64,000 bases of DNA from the human T2T-CHM13v2.0 reference genome, Homo sapiens. A program made the position numbers and the translations under genes. Shown piece by piece: positions 26,461-39,470 of the stretch (position 1 is the first letter of the stretch; every line of letters starts with the position of its first letter). Location: NCBI RefSeq assembly GCF_009914755.1, contig NC_060948.1, one strand, 5' to 3'. The notes under the pieces were generated by a model, which saw nothing but the letters and a program-made list of their open reading frames with translations, was not told where the DNA came from and searched no databases.

Positions 26461-29365
26461 GAGCACATTTCACACTCTTCAAATTCTCAGCAGAATTTGT
26501 TATTGAAAGTCTTTTGAATAAAACCCATTTTAACTAGATTGAGATGATATCTTATTGTAATTTTAATTTGGATTTTTCTGATAATTAATGATCTTGAGCA
26601 CTTTTTGATATACCTGGTCACATTTGTATGTTTTCCTTTGAGAAATATGTTTTTCAAATATTTTGACCAAATTATAAGATTTTCCTATAAATTTTTTCCT
26701 ATAGATTGTTTGAGATTTTTATTTATTGTGATTATTAATCCTTTGTCAGATGGGTAAGTTACAAATATTTCTTCTATTTCTGTGAATAATCTCTACACAT
26801 TGTTGATTTTTAAATTTTTCCCCTGCAGAAACTTTTCAACTGCATGTTGATTCCAGACGTCCATTTCTGGTTAGGTTGCTTGTGCTTCTGGGGAATTGCT
26901 GAGGAAATCTTTGGTCAGGCAGGGTGGCTTATACCTATAATACTAGCTCTTTGCAAGGCTAACTTATATGGATTTCTTGAGCACAAGAATTCAAAACCAA
27001 CCTGAGGACATGATGTAACCCCATCTCTACAAAAGTGAACACACACACACAAAAATTTCCATGGTATGTGGTGATATGTGCCAGTAGTCCCAGCTTCTCA
27101 AAGGCTGTGACAGGAGATTGCTTTAGCCTTAGAGATGGTGATTGCCGTGGGCTTTGATCTTGCCACTGTACATCAGCATGGGTGACAACCTATCTCAAAA
27201 AAAAGCAATATTTTTTTCATATTAATAACCTGGAGATTTTCCCAAGTCTTTTTTTTGTAATTTCAGAGTTTCAGGTTGTAGACTTAAGGCTTTAATTCAC
27301 TTTGATTCAGTTTTTATATATGGCCAAAAGTAGAAGTCTCATTTTTATTATTGCACATATGGAAGCCCAGATTTCTTGGCATCTTCATTTAATAGGGTGT
27401 ATGTTTTCCTCAGTGGATGTTCTTGGCACATTTGTCCAAATTAGTTTACTGTAGCTGTGTGGATTTTTTTCAGGTTCTCTATTCATTTTCATTTTTCTGT
27501 GTTTCTATTTTATGCTAGTAAACTGGCTATTTAAGGCTGTTTTACTTACTGTGGCTCAGGACTCTAATTTGAGGTCAGATAATTTGATTTATCTAATTTT
27601 GTTCTTTTTTCTAAGGACAGGTTTAGCTATTCTGAGTCTCTTGTGGTTCCATGTAAAATTTAAAATTATTTTTTCATTTATTTCAAAAATATTATTGGTA
27701 TTATGTTAGGAATTACATTGAATCTGTAGATTGCTCTGGGTAGTATGGACATTTTAACAATATTGTCTTACAATTCCTGAACATAATATGTTTTACCATT
27801 TTGTAGTGTCATCTTCAACTATTTTCATTATTCAGATCTTTCACTTCTTTGGTTAATTTCTAAGTATTTAATTTTATGTGTGACTATTGAAAATAAGATG
27901 ATTTCTTATTTCTTTTTCAGATTGTTTACTGTTTCAGATTTGTGTCTGTTAATTTTATATACTACAACTCTACCCAATTTGTTTATCAGCTCTAATAGTT
28001 TTCTTGTGGTGTCCTTAAGTTTTTTTTCTAATATGAGATTATATCACCTGCAAAGTAGAATAATTTGAATTATTCTCTTCCCACTTAAATGTCTTTCATA
28101 TATTTCTCTTGTCTGATCTCTCTAGATAGAACTTCCAGTACTACGTTGAATAATAGTGGTCACAGTGGGCAACTTTGTTGTATTGTAGATTATAGATAAA
28201 ATATGTTCAGTTTTTCCCCATTCAGTACAATACTGAATATTTTTTAGTCTGTCATATAAGGTTTTTATTATGTTGAGGTATGTTTCTTTTTTCTGCTGTT
28301 TTTTGAGGATTTTTGTCTTGAAGGATGTTGAATTTAACCAATTGCTTTATCACCATCAATTGAAATTATATAAAATTTATCCTTTCTTTTATTGAAATGA
28401 TATAGCAGACTGTTTGATTTGCATACATTAAATCATGTTTTTATTCCAGGAATAAATCCCACTTGGTCATGATATATGATGCTCTTAATATATTGTTGAA
28501 TTTTGTTTGCTAGTATTTTATTGAGGGTTACTGCTTCAATAGCCATCAGAGATATTGGCCTGTGGTATTATTTTCTAGATGTGTCTTTGTCTGGTTTGGG
28601 TATCAGGGTAATATTGGCTTTATCTAATTAGTTGGAGTAATTCCATTCTCCACTATTCCTCAGAATAATTTGAGTAGAATTAATATTAGTTTTTCTTTAA
28701 AAGTTTGGTAGATTATAGCATTGAAGGCTGTACTTTACTGTGCTTTTCTTTACAGACATATTTACATTATGGTTTTTATCTCATTACTTGTTATTGGTCT
28801 ATTCCGGTTTTGAATTTCTTCCTGGTTCAAACTTGATGGATTCTGTAAGTCATGAAATTTGTCCATTCTTTCTAGAATTTTCAATTTATTGGCATATTGT
28901 TGCTCATAGTAGACCTAATAATACCTTGAATTTCTGCAATATCTGTTATAATGTCTTTTTTCACTTTTTATTTTTAATTTTTTGCTATTATCTCTTATTT
29001 TCTTAGTCTGGCTAAATTTATCAATTTTATTTACTATGCAAAAAAAACTTTTAAAAAGTAATCTTTTCTATTGTCTTCTCTATTTCAATTTTATTTGTTT
29101 ATGCTGTGATCTTTGGTATTTCTTTTTTTCTACTAATTTAGGGGTTGGTTTTCTCTTGGTGTTCTAGTTCTTTAAGATACATTGTTAGGTTGTTTATTTG
29201 AAGTTTTTCCCCTTTATTCATATATAAATGCATACCTACAAGCCTTCCTTTTAGTATTTATTTTGCTGTATTTCATAAGTTTGGGTATAATATGTTTCCA
29301 CTATCATTTGATTTGAGAAAATTTCCACTTTATTCTCACTTTTTGACCCATTAATAATTTAGGAT
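26461..29365 (-). mobile_element. L1MA ORF2 segment
   Basis: CATTGAATCTGTAGATTGCT.TGGGTAGTATGGACATTTTAACAATATT; ACTTCCAGTACTACGTTGAATAA. Confidence 0.9.
26913..27204 (+). mobile_element. AluJ-like (highly diverged)
   Basis: Degenerate dimer: GGATTTCTTGAGCACAAGAATTC..CCCATCTCTACAAAA..CCACTGTAC.TC.AGC.TGGGTGACA. Confidence 0.85.
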
Positions 29366-29379
29366 GTTAGTTTATTTTA

Positions 29380-29800
29380 TTTGAATGTATTTATATTTTA
29401 TTTCAATACTTTGGGAGATATGTGTTTTTTAGTTAACTGAATAAGTATATAGTGATGAATTCTAATATTTTAGTGTCTCCAACACCCAAGTAGCCAAGTA
29501 GCTAGATATACCCAAGTAGTGTATATTTTACCTAGTATGTAGTTTTGTGAAAAATCCCTGAATCCCCTTTCAACCTTCACCTTCTGAGTCTCTAAATTCC
29601 ATTTTGTTTCTCTGTATGCCTTTGCATACTCGTAGCTTAGATCCCACTCTTAATTGTTTTCACTTATAAGTGGGACCTAAGCTACGAGTATTCAAAGGCA
29701 TACAGAGTGAATTCATGTGTCCCACTCCTATGGACTTCACTCAGAATAATGACCTCTAGCTACATTCGTGTTGCTGCAAAAAATCATTGTATTATTCTCA
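29380..29800 (-). mobile_element. L1PB1-like 3' end containing a fold-back duplication
   Basis: AGTGATGAATTCT.A.ATTTTAGTG..CTCTGTATGCCTTTGCATACTC.TAGCTTAG.TCCCACT..ACTTCACTCAGAATAATG. Confidence 0.85.
29610..29707. repeat. Inverted repeat: ~44-bp arms, ~10-nt spacer
   Basis: CTCTGTATGCCTTTGCATACTCGTAGCTTAGATCCCACTCTTAA pairs with TTATAAGTGGGACCTAAGCTACGAGTATTCAAAGGCATACAGAG (about 40/44). Confidence 0.95.
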
Positions 29801-29809
29801 TTCTGTTTT

Positions 29810-31735
29810 TATAACTTCTCTCAAAGAGAATCTCATTCTCTGTTTTGAACCTCCTGAAGCTTGGGTAGAGTAACAGCATCATTCATGTGGCCTCTATCAC
29901 TATGACTATGTGGACTTAACCCTGAAGCAAGCAAAGCACTGAGTCTCAACCAAAGCCTTCTGTAAGCACTTCTTGACTACTGCCTATTTTCACTCAAGAT
30001 CTTTGGACTCTACAGTCAGCAAATGCTGAAGCCAGTCAGGTATATGTTCTTCCCATCAGGCTGTCAAGATCTCCCAGGCCCCAGTTGTTATTATTTTGTA
30101 GTTAGAAACTAGAGTCAAAATTTTAGAAGCCTAACTTGTGTTCTGTTACACTGAGGTTGAGCTGGCACTTAAAACACAGGATGCAATTCTCCTAAGTCTT
30201 TCTTCCTTTTTATAAGAGGCAGAGGATTCTCATTCTATGATCACCATGACCCCAGGTTTCAGGAAGTATTTCTGCACTACTACCAATGTTCCCTGAAGGC
30301 TCAAGGGCTCTTAGGCCATCTTGTAATTGTCGCTTCCAGGCCTGAGACTCAGGTTTCTGATCAGAAGGCTCCCTTGTGATCCAGAGAAAGTCTAGAAATG
30401 ACCTTCAAGAGTCATAGAATAGAATTACTCAATAATTTGCTTGGTGCTATACCCTGCTGTCGCCTAGCTGGCACCTAAGCTGCAAGAAAAATGTCTTCTT
30501 TACATTTCCCTTTGCTTTTTATCACACAGAAGGAATTTTGCCCCATAGATGTCATGTGGAATTTGCTGTGTGTCACCTGAAGCCACTTAGTCTCAGAGGC
30601 TCACCCAACACCTCTGATGCTGTACCTATTGATGGTTATTTAGAGCCCAAGGGCTCCTCAGTTAACATCTGATGAATGTGGCCATAACTTGGTGCTTTCC
30701 TAAAAGGCAGCATGTCTTTTATGGTCCAACATAGCTAGAGATGTTATTCAGAAGCTAGGTCCTAAAAAAGAAACCTCATGACTCTGACCAGTTCCCTATC
30801 CTGTTGTGGCTGAGCTGAGCTGGTATACAAGATGGAAAACAAAGTTATCCATATTCTTCTCTCTTCTCTTTCGAATTGGAAGAAAGCTGTCTCTCTCACT
30901 CTCTCTCTCTTTTTTTTTTTTTTTTTTGAGACAGAGTCTTGCTCTGTCACCCTGGGTGGAATGCAGGCAATCTCGGCTTACTGCAACCCCTGCCTTCCAG
31001 TTCAAGAGATTCTCCTGATTCAGCATCCCAAGTAGCAGGGACTACAGGTGCATGACACCACGCCTGGCTAATTTTTTGTATTTTTAGTAGAGACAGGGTT
31101 TCACCGTGTTAGCCAGGATAGCTCAAACTCCTGATCTCATGATCCGCATGCCTTGGCCTCCCAAAGTGCCAGGATTACAGGCATGAGCCACTGCGCCTGG
31201 CAGAGATCTCTTTTTTATCTATTAGCTGTGCAGCCTGTGATTAGGAGAGCAATGATGCCCTCACTCTCTTAACCACTCCAGCTGGGGGTTTCGGTAGATC
31301 TTGATTCCCCAGTCCACTGTCTCTGAGCTTAGTTCAACACTAGAATTTGCATAAGAGTTGTGGTCCTTATAAAAGTCCTTGAAGACTGCCTTTCAGGTTT
31401 ACTTAGAAACCCAGAGCATTTTAACCCTCAGTAGTGAGGTAGGTAAAAACTCCAGTTTGTACTGCTGGAATTGCCAATTCCCCTCTAACTTGGGCTGGAT
31501 TAAATGCTCCCTTTATGACTTAGCATCTGCTGAGTTTGGTTCATTTTTTTCCTTTTTGCTCTAACAGGACAGCACTCAGTTTATTGCTTCAAAATTCCTG
31601 TTTTCTCTTCCCCAGCACACAGAGATATTCCTTCAGCATACCATACTGCCATAGAGTGATGGAGGAATGACACCAGTAATTTGAGACCTCTTCAGTGGCT
31701 CTGTGATACAAAGTTAAAACCAGGTACTTTGAGTG
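29810..31735 (-). mobile_element. L1M (L1MA-age) 5' UTR region
   Basis: Repeated 5' UTR units (CCCAAGGGCTC.T.AGT..C), ending TGATACAAAGTTAAAACCAGGTACT..GAGTG. Confidence 0.8.
30910..31201 (-). mobile_element. AluS (Sc-like)
   Basis: Reverse dimer; T tail preceded by (CT)n. Confidence 0.93.
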
Positions 31736-32874
31736 TCTCTCTCTTATATATAAGGTTGTATATAAATACTAGAATAAATATTTTCATTATTAGAATGGAA
31801 TATTAGTCAGAGGAAAAATAAAATCCTGTAATTTGCAGCAACATTGGGTAAATATAGACAACATATGATAATGAAAGTAAAGTTTTATTTTGTTTAAATT
31901 GGCACATAATTTTCTACATGTATAGGTTAAAAATGTGATGTTTTAATATATGTAATTATGTGATGATTAAATCAGGGTAATTAATATATCCATTAACTTA
32001 ATTATGTGTTATTTTCTTGTGGTGAGAATATTCAAAACTCACTTTTTTTGCTATTTTGAAATATATAGAACTTTATTGTTTATCATAATCAAGGACTATG
32101 TGATAGAACACTAGAAATTATTTTTATTGTCAAATTCTAAATTTATAACAAATAAGACAACTACTTTCTTTCCTTCCTTTCCACTTCATATATTTTGTTA
32201 ACCACTATTGTACTCAATACTTTTATAAAATCAACCTTTATCAAGCTCTCAAATGTGAGTGACATAATGCAGTTTTTTTATTTCTGTGACTGGCTTATTT
32301 CACATAGCATAACATCTTATGGTGTCCTCCATGTTGGCACAAACGTCATCATTTTGTTCTATATATGACCAAATAATTAACTATTGTGTAAATATACCAC
32401 ATTTTTATGTACTCATGTTGATAAAATTTGTAGTTGATTTTTTTTATCCTGGCTATTGTAAATAGAGCTGCAATAAGCATGTAAAAACAGATTTTTTTTT
32501 CTTTTGTAAACTGATTTTCGTTACCTTGAATAAATACTCAGTAGTGGGATCTCTGAATCATATGGCGGTTGTAATTTTAGTATTTTGTAAACACTCAACA
32601 CTTAAAAAATATAAGAACAGTGCTAATTTACACTCTCACCTGCAGTATAAATATTTCTTTCTGTCCACAACCTCATGGTCATTCGACAATTTTTTAATCT
32701 TTTTACTGATAGCTATTTTCACTAAAGTGAGAAAATATCTCACTTTTGTCTTAATTTATATTTTATGGTGATAAGCATAACACTTCTGATATTAATGGGA
32801 GTATTCGTATATCCGCTTTTGAGGAGAACGTGCATTTCTTCTTTTGAGAATTGCCTAATCAGATTCTTTGTCAA

Positions 32875-33161
32875 TTTTTTTTTTTTTTTTTTTTGAGACC
32901 AAGTCTCTCTCTGTCACCCAGGCTGGAGTGCTGTGACATGACCTTGCCTCACTGCAACCTCCGCATCCCAGGTTCAAGCAATTCTCTGCTTCAGCCTCAC
33001 TAGTAGCTGGGATTACAGGCACCCACCACCATGACCAGCTAATTTTTGTATTTTTAATAGAAACGGAGTTTCACTATCTTGGGCAGGTTGGTATTGAACT
33101 CCTGACCTGCCTCGGTCTCCCAAAGTGCTGGGATTACAGGAGTGAACCATCATGCGTGGCC
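32875..33161 (-). mobile_element. AluS
   Basis: Reverse dimer; TSD TCTTTGTC(A/C)ATTTT. Confidence 0.93.
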
Positions 33162-33413
33162 TCTTTGTCCATTTTTTAAAAATCAATTTGTTTTGTTTTT
33201 TGCTAATGAGTTTCTAGTATATTCTGGATATTAGTCCAATAGCAAATTTCTTAATTTATTGTTCTATTTTCTATGAAAATACTTTGCAGTACAATGTGGT
33301 GAAGTGCATTGATTTTTCATTTTGCTGCTTCTGCTTTTAAAGTCTTATTCATGAAACATTTGACTAAACTAATGTCTTGAGGTGTTTCTTCTATTTTTGT
33401 GGTAGTTTTATAG

Positions 33414-33788
<375 letters not shown>

Positions 33789-35324
33789 TAGTTGATTTTT
33801 GCATAAAGGGTGAAATGTAAGCCTTTTAAAAAAGTAAGAATTTTATTTCTCTGCATATTCAGTATTTCCAACACAATTTATTAAACACACTATTCTTTCA
33901 TCCAAAGAATGTTTTTCAGGCCATGTTGAATAATCTAAGTTGAGAATGTGCGAATTTATTTATTTTATTTCTCTGTTCTCCCTCAATTGTCTATATGTCT
34001 GTACTTACACCTATGTCATGCTGTTTTGGTAACTACAGCTTTTTTGTCAATTTTAAAGTCAGATACTGTGATTCATCCAGCTTTGTATTTCTGCTCAGTA
34101 GATTTTTTGATATTCAGGTTCTTCTGTGGTGCCATTAAAATTTAATGATTGTTTTATCTACTTATATAAAAATCTTGTTATTTTGACAGAGATTTAATTT
34201 GATCTATAAATTGTTTTGGATAATATAATTATTTTAACATTTTTCACAAACTATAATCCCATGTATTTCATATTTGTGTCCTTTTAATTTCTTTTGTTAG
34301 CATTTTGTGGTGTTTATTTCAGAATTTTTTTTATCTTTTTGTTTGAATTGATTTCTTGCTACGATTTATTTATTGTTTTCAAATTGAATGCTGTTGGTAT
34401 ATAGAAACATGGCCAATTTTTATATGTTGATTTTATATCCTGTATGTTTACTAAATTTGTCTATCAGTTGTAATGGTTTCTTTGGTAGAGTATTTAGTTT
34501 AATTGTTTAACTGTATAGAATTATGTCATCTGCAAAGAGAGGTAATTTAAGTTTCCCTTTTCTAATTTAAATGTTCCATATTTATTTCTATTTCCTAAGT
34601 CCTCTGGCGAATACTTTCAATACTGTGTTGAACAAGTGATGAAAGTAGGCAACCTTGTCTTATTGGAGTTACTAGAGAAGTCAAAAAAAAATTAACCTTT
34701 CCCCCTTTACTGAAATGTGGGTTTATCATATGTAGTTTTTATTAGGTTGATGTATGTTACATACTAAATTTTTGGAAATATTTCTTATGAAAATATGTTG
34801 AATTTCATCAAATGCTTTAAGATATGAGCTCAATGTACTACATATATTGAGATTATTGTATTGTTATGATGATTATTCTGCTGATGTGATGTATCACATT
34901 TTACAATATCTCTATGTTGAATTTTGTTTACATTCCTGTGAAAAATACCAGTTTACCATGTTATATTATCTTATTTTTTGTTTTGATAATATTTTATTGA
35001 GGAGTTTGCATCAGTGTTCATTAAAGATACTGACTTGAAGTTTTATCTTTTATTATGTCTTTGTTTCATTTTGGTATTAGGATAATTCTAGCCACATAGA
35101 ATTATTTAGGAAACAGTCTTTATTTTTTGGAATAACCCAATGATTTATATGAATTCTGTACTAATGTTTGGTAAAATTTATCACTAAAGCCATTTATCAC
35201 TAAAGCCTTCAGATTTATTTTGTTGAGATACTTATATAATAACTTACTATTTAAATTAATTTTTGGTATGTTCAAGTTTTATTTATTTTTTATTTTAGAT
35301 TAAAATTATTTTATTTTTATAATT

Positions 35325-37710
35325 TTTATTTTCTTTTTAATTTTTGTAGGTACATAGTTGGGGTATACATTTATGGAATATCTGAGCTATTTTGAAATAG
35401 ACATTAAATTTGAAATAATTTTATCATGAAGACTAGATTATACATTATGCCAAGCATTTTATTCATTGAGTAGCAAACAACCCATTTACTCTCTTTTGTT
35501 ACTTTTAAATGCACAGCTATTATTGGCTATAATCACTTTGTGTGCTATCAAAGAGTAGGTCTTATTAATTTTTTCTATTTTCTTTTTATGGCTTAAACAT
35601 CTCCACCTCCTGATCAGCTTCCTATTATTCTTTCCAGCCTCTGGTAAACAGCCCTCTACTCACTATGTTCATAAGTTCAATTGCTTTATTAGGTTTCACA
35701 AATAAAGAAAATGTGTAATGTTTTGCCTTTCTGTTCCTGCTGTATTTTACTTAAAATAATAATATGACATCCATCTATGTTGTTGCAAATGAAAGCATGC
35801 TATATTTTATGGCTTATTAGTATTAGTACTCCATTGTGTATATGTACCACTTTTTTACTCACTCATCTTTTGATGAATACTTAGGCTGCCTCCAAATCTT
35901 AGTGATTGTAAACAATGTTGTAACAAACACAGGTGTGCATATGTCTTTTTGATAATATGAATTTTCTTGCTTTGGGGTATATAACCAGGAGTGAGATTGT
36001 TAGATCATACAACAGCTCGATTTTTAGCTTTTTAAAAAATCTCCCAAATGTTCTCCATAGTGTCTGTACTACTTTACATTCCCAGCAAGAGTGTACAAGT
36101 GTTCACATTTCTCCACATTACTGTCAGCATTTGTTACTGCCTGTTTTTTTTCTTTTTGTATCAGCCGTTTTAACTGGAGTGATATAATATCTCATTGTAG
36201 CTTTTATTTGCATTTCTCTGATGATCAGTGAAGGTTAGCAACTTTTTATATGTCTATTTGCTACTCATATGTTTACTCTTGAGAAATGCCTATTCAAATA
36301 TTTTGCCCATTCTTTAGTCAGGTTATTAGATTTTTTTTTTTCCTATATCTTTGTCTCAGCACTTTATATATTTTGGTTACAAATCTTTTGTCAGGTGGGT
36401 AGTGTGCAAATATTCTTTCAGGTTTCATGGGTTATCCCCTTCCCTCTTCCTTTTTTTTCTGAGCAGAAGCTTTTAACTTGATGTGATAACATTTGTTTAT
36501 TTTTGCTTTGGTTGCCTTTTTGTGCTTATGAAGTATTAAACACATAATTTTTCCTGAGACCCATGTTCCAGAGTTTGTCCACAAAGTTTATTTTGTTGTA
36601 GTTTAAGAGTTTAAGGTCATAGGTTAAATTTTAATTCATTATGATTTGATTTTTGTACATGGTGAGAGATAGGTGTCTAGTTTCATTTTTCTGCATATGG
36701 ATATCCAGTTAATTGAGCAACATTTATTTAAAAAAAAACTGTCTCTTTCCCCAGTATATGTTCTTCACACCATTGTTGAAAATGTGTTTTCTGTAGGAGC
36801 ATAGATTTGTTTCTTGGTTCTCTATTCTGTTCCATTGGTCTATGTGTCTATTTTTATGTTAGTATCATGTTGTTTTGGTTACCATAGCTCTGTAGTATAA
36901 ATCAAAGTCATAATGTGATTTTTTTTTTAAATTTTTGTATAGAATAGCTATTCTGGGTTTTTTGTGGTTTTATATACATTTTATAATTAATTTTTAATAT
37001 TTCTTTTAAGAATATCATTGGTGTTTTGAGAGAGAATGTATTGAATCTGTAGATTGCTTTGGGTAGTATTGACTTTTTAGCAATATTGAGTCTTCCAGTT
37101 TTTGAATGTGTAATATTTTTCAGTTATTTTGGTGTTTTTTTCAGTTTATTTCATCAGTGTTTTAGTTTTTATTACAGAGATATTTCACTTCTTTGGTAAA
37201 GTTAATCCCTAAGTATTTAATTTTCTGTGTGGCTATTGCAAATGCAATTACTTTTTAAATTTTATTTTCACATTGTTTCCTGTTGGCATATAGATATGCT
37301 ACTAATTTTGTATGTTAATTTTGTATACTGCACCTTTACTAAATTTGTTTATTCATTCCAATAAGAGTCTTTAGGTTTTTCCAAATGTGAGATTATATAA
37401 TCTGTAAGCAAGGATAATTTGACTTATTTCTTTCCAATTTAGAAACTTTTGTATCTTTCTCTTGTCTCATTGCTCTAACTAGGACTTCCAATATTATGTT
37501 GAATAAAAGTGGGCCACAGTGGGTATTCTTGTCATATACTAGATCTTAGATAAAAGGCTTTCAGTGTTTCCCTACTAAGCATAATAATACCTGTAGGCTT
37601 ATGTGGTTTTATTGAGGTACGTTTTTCTCTCCCCAGTGTCTGAGGTTTTTATGTTGAAGAGATGTTGAATGTAATGAAATGCATTTTTGGTATCAATGGA
37701 ATTATCGTAT
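35325..37710 (-). mobile_element. L1MA2-like 3' end and ORF2
   Basis: TTTTTAATTTTTGTAGGTACATAGT..ATTTATGG; TTTCCAGCCTCTGGTAA; GGTGAGAGATAGGTGTCTAGTTTCATT. Confidence 0.88.
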
Positions 37711-37889
37711 AATCACCATATACAAATCAATCAGTGAGATGAATCAATGTTGATATCATTCATACTTTATTTTACTTTATTTTATTTTATTCTACTTTTA
37801 CAATTGTTAGTAATGTGAGTGAGGTCATGTTGGTGAGGTCATGTTGGTGAGCCTTTGATTCTGCCATCTTTCTCTCCATCTCTTCATGC

Positions 37890-39470
37890 CCTTTTCTGTT
37901 CTGGTTTTTATTAATTCTTTCTTCTTCAATCTGAGTAAGCTATCTAAGTGTAGAAATTTATCAATTTCCCTTGGGTTTTTAACTTGTTTGTGTATATAGT
38001 TATTCATAATAGTTTCTAATGATTTCTTGCACTTGGTTAATGGCTTTACTTATTTTTTGTTCTTGTTTTTTCTTTGTCTAGCTAATGGATTTTCAATTTT
38101 AAATCTTTCCAAATAAACACATTTATATTATGATGATTATCTATTTTTAATCTGAATTATATTTTCACTGATATTTTTATTTTGTTATATCAACAGATTG
38201 ATTCATCACACTGATTTGTATATGGTGACATATTATGCTTGCATCACAGAGATAAATTTTACTCAATCATGATGAATGATCTTTGTAATGTATGGTTGAA
38301 TTCAGTGTTCTAGTATTTGATTGAGGATTTTCATATCAAAATTTATCAGATATGTTAACCTGTAGTTTTCTTGTTTGAATGTGCCTTTGGTTTTGGTATA
38401 AGTATAATACAGGCTACACAAAATGAGTTTGGAAGTTATATTCTTCTCCTCTATTTTTTAGAATAATTTGAGTAGTATTGTCATTAGTTCTTCACCTCAT
38501 GGGTTAAAGTAATTTTCTGCCTTAGCCTCTGTAGTAGCTGGGACTACAGGTGCATGCCACCATGACAAACTCATTTTTGTATTTTTGTAGAGATGGGGTT
38601 TCATCATGTTGGCCAGGCTGGTCTCGCACTCCAGGCCTCAAGTGATACACACGCCACCAGCCTCTTAAAGTGCTGAAATTACAGGCATGAGCCACTACAC
38701 CCAGCCTTTCTAAAAACACTTTGTATCTCTATTTCTTTGTCTACTTCTACTTTATGGCCAATAATTCTTACATTTGTTTTTTTTGAGGCTACATTATAAA
38801 TCCTACAGATGCATTATATTATTTTATTATTATTTATTATTTTGTCTTATTTTACTGTACATTTTTAATAGTCTGTCTTTAAACTCACTAATTATTCCAC
38901 TTGATTTTTTGTTATTAAATAATTTTCATAGATTCTTTAGCACGACAATTGTATTTTTCAGCTACAGAGTTTTTGCTTGCTTGTTTTTAATTATATACAT
39001 ATCTTTGAATAGCTTTTCTGATATAAATCTAAATTCCTATTTGTGTTACCTTACATTAGTTTGAATTTTCTAAACATGACTATCTGCTCATCTGTACAGG
39101 GAAATCATGTGCATATAGAGTATATGCCGTATTTTTATATAAGCATACAATGCAAAAGAATCACATCAGGGTAAGTGAGATATTCATCTTCAAGCATTTA
39201 TTTTATCTTTGTATTACAAGAAAGAATTATACTTTTAGTCATTTGAGTTAGGGTTTTTCTCCTTTTTAAATTATTTGCTATGCATCATTAGGTTTTTAGA
39301 ATTTAAAAACTTTCTATTTACCTGATATGGGTGTTTGTTGATATAAACAGTCTCAGTACTGCATTTGCTTTATTCTACATGTCCTGGTGTGACATATTTT
39401 TATTGTCATTAGCTTAGATGTTCAAATCTTAATATATTTGTTAACTTCTGGTTCCTCAGGGTCATGTTAT
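37890..39470 (-). mobile_element. Patchwork of L1M fragments
   Basis: Several non-contiguous L1 ORF2, ORF1 and 3' UTR pieces, e.g. CATGATGAATGATCTTTGTAATGT..GAGTTTGGAAGT. Confidence 0.7.
38493..38706 (-). mobile_element. Alu (Jb/Sz-like) lacking its 3' end
   Basis: GGCCAGGCTGGTCTCGCACTCCAGGCCTCAAGTGAT..GAGCCACTACACCCAGCC. Confidence 0.9.

Noticed and set aside
29810-31300. Recurring CCCAAGGGCTC-type units resembling a spaced repeat array
   Set aside because: Internal repeats of old L1M 5' UTRs; not CRISPR-like (no constant repeat/spacer period, eukaryotic context)
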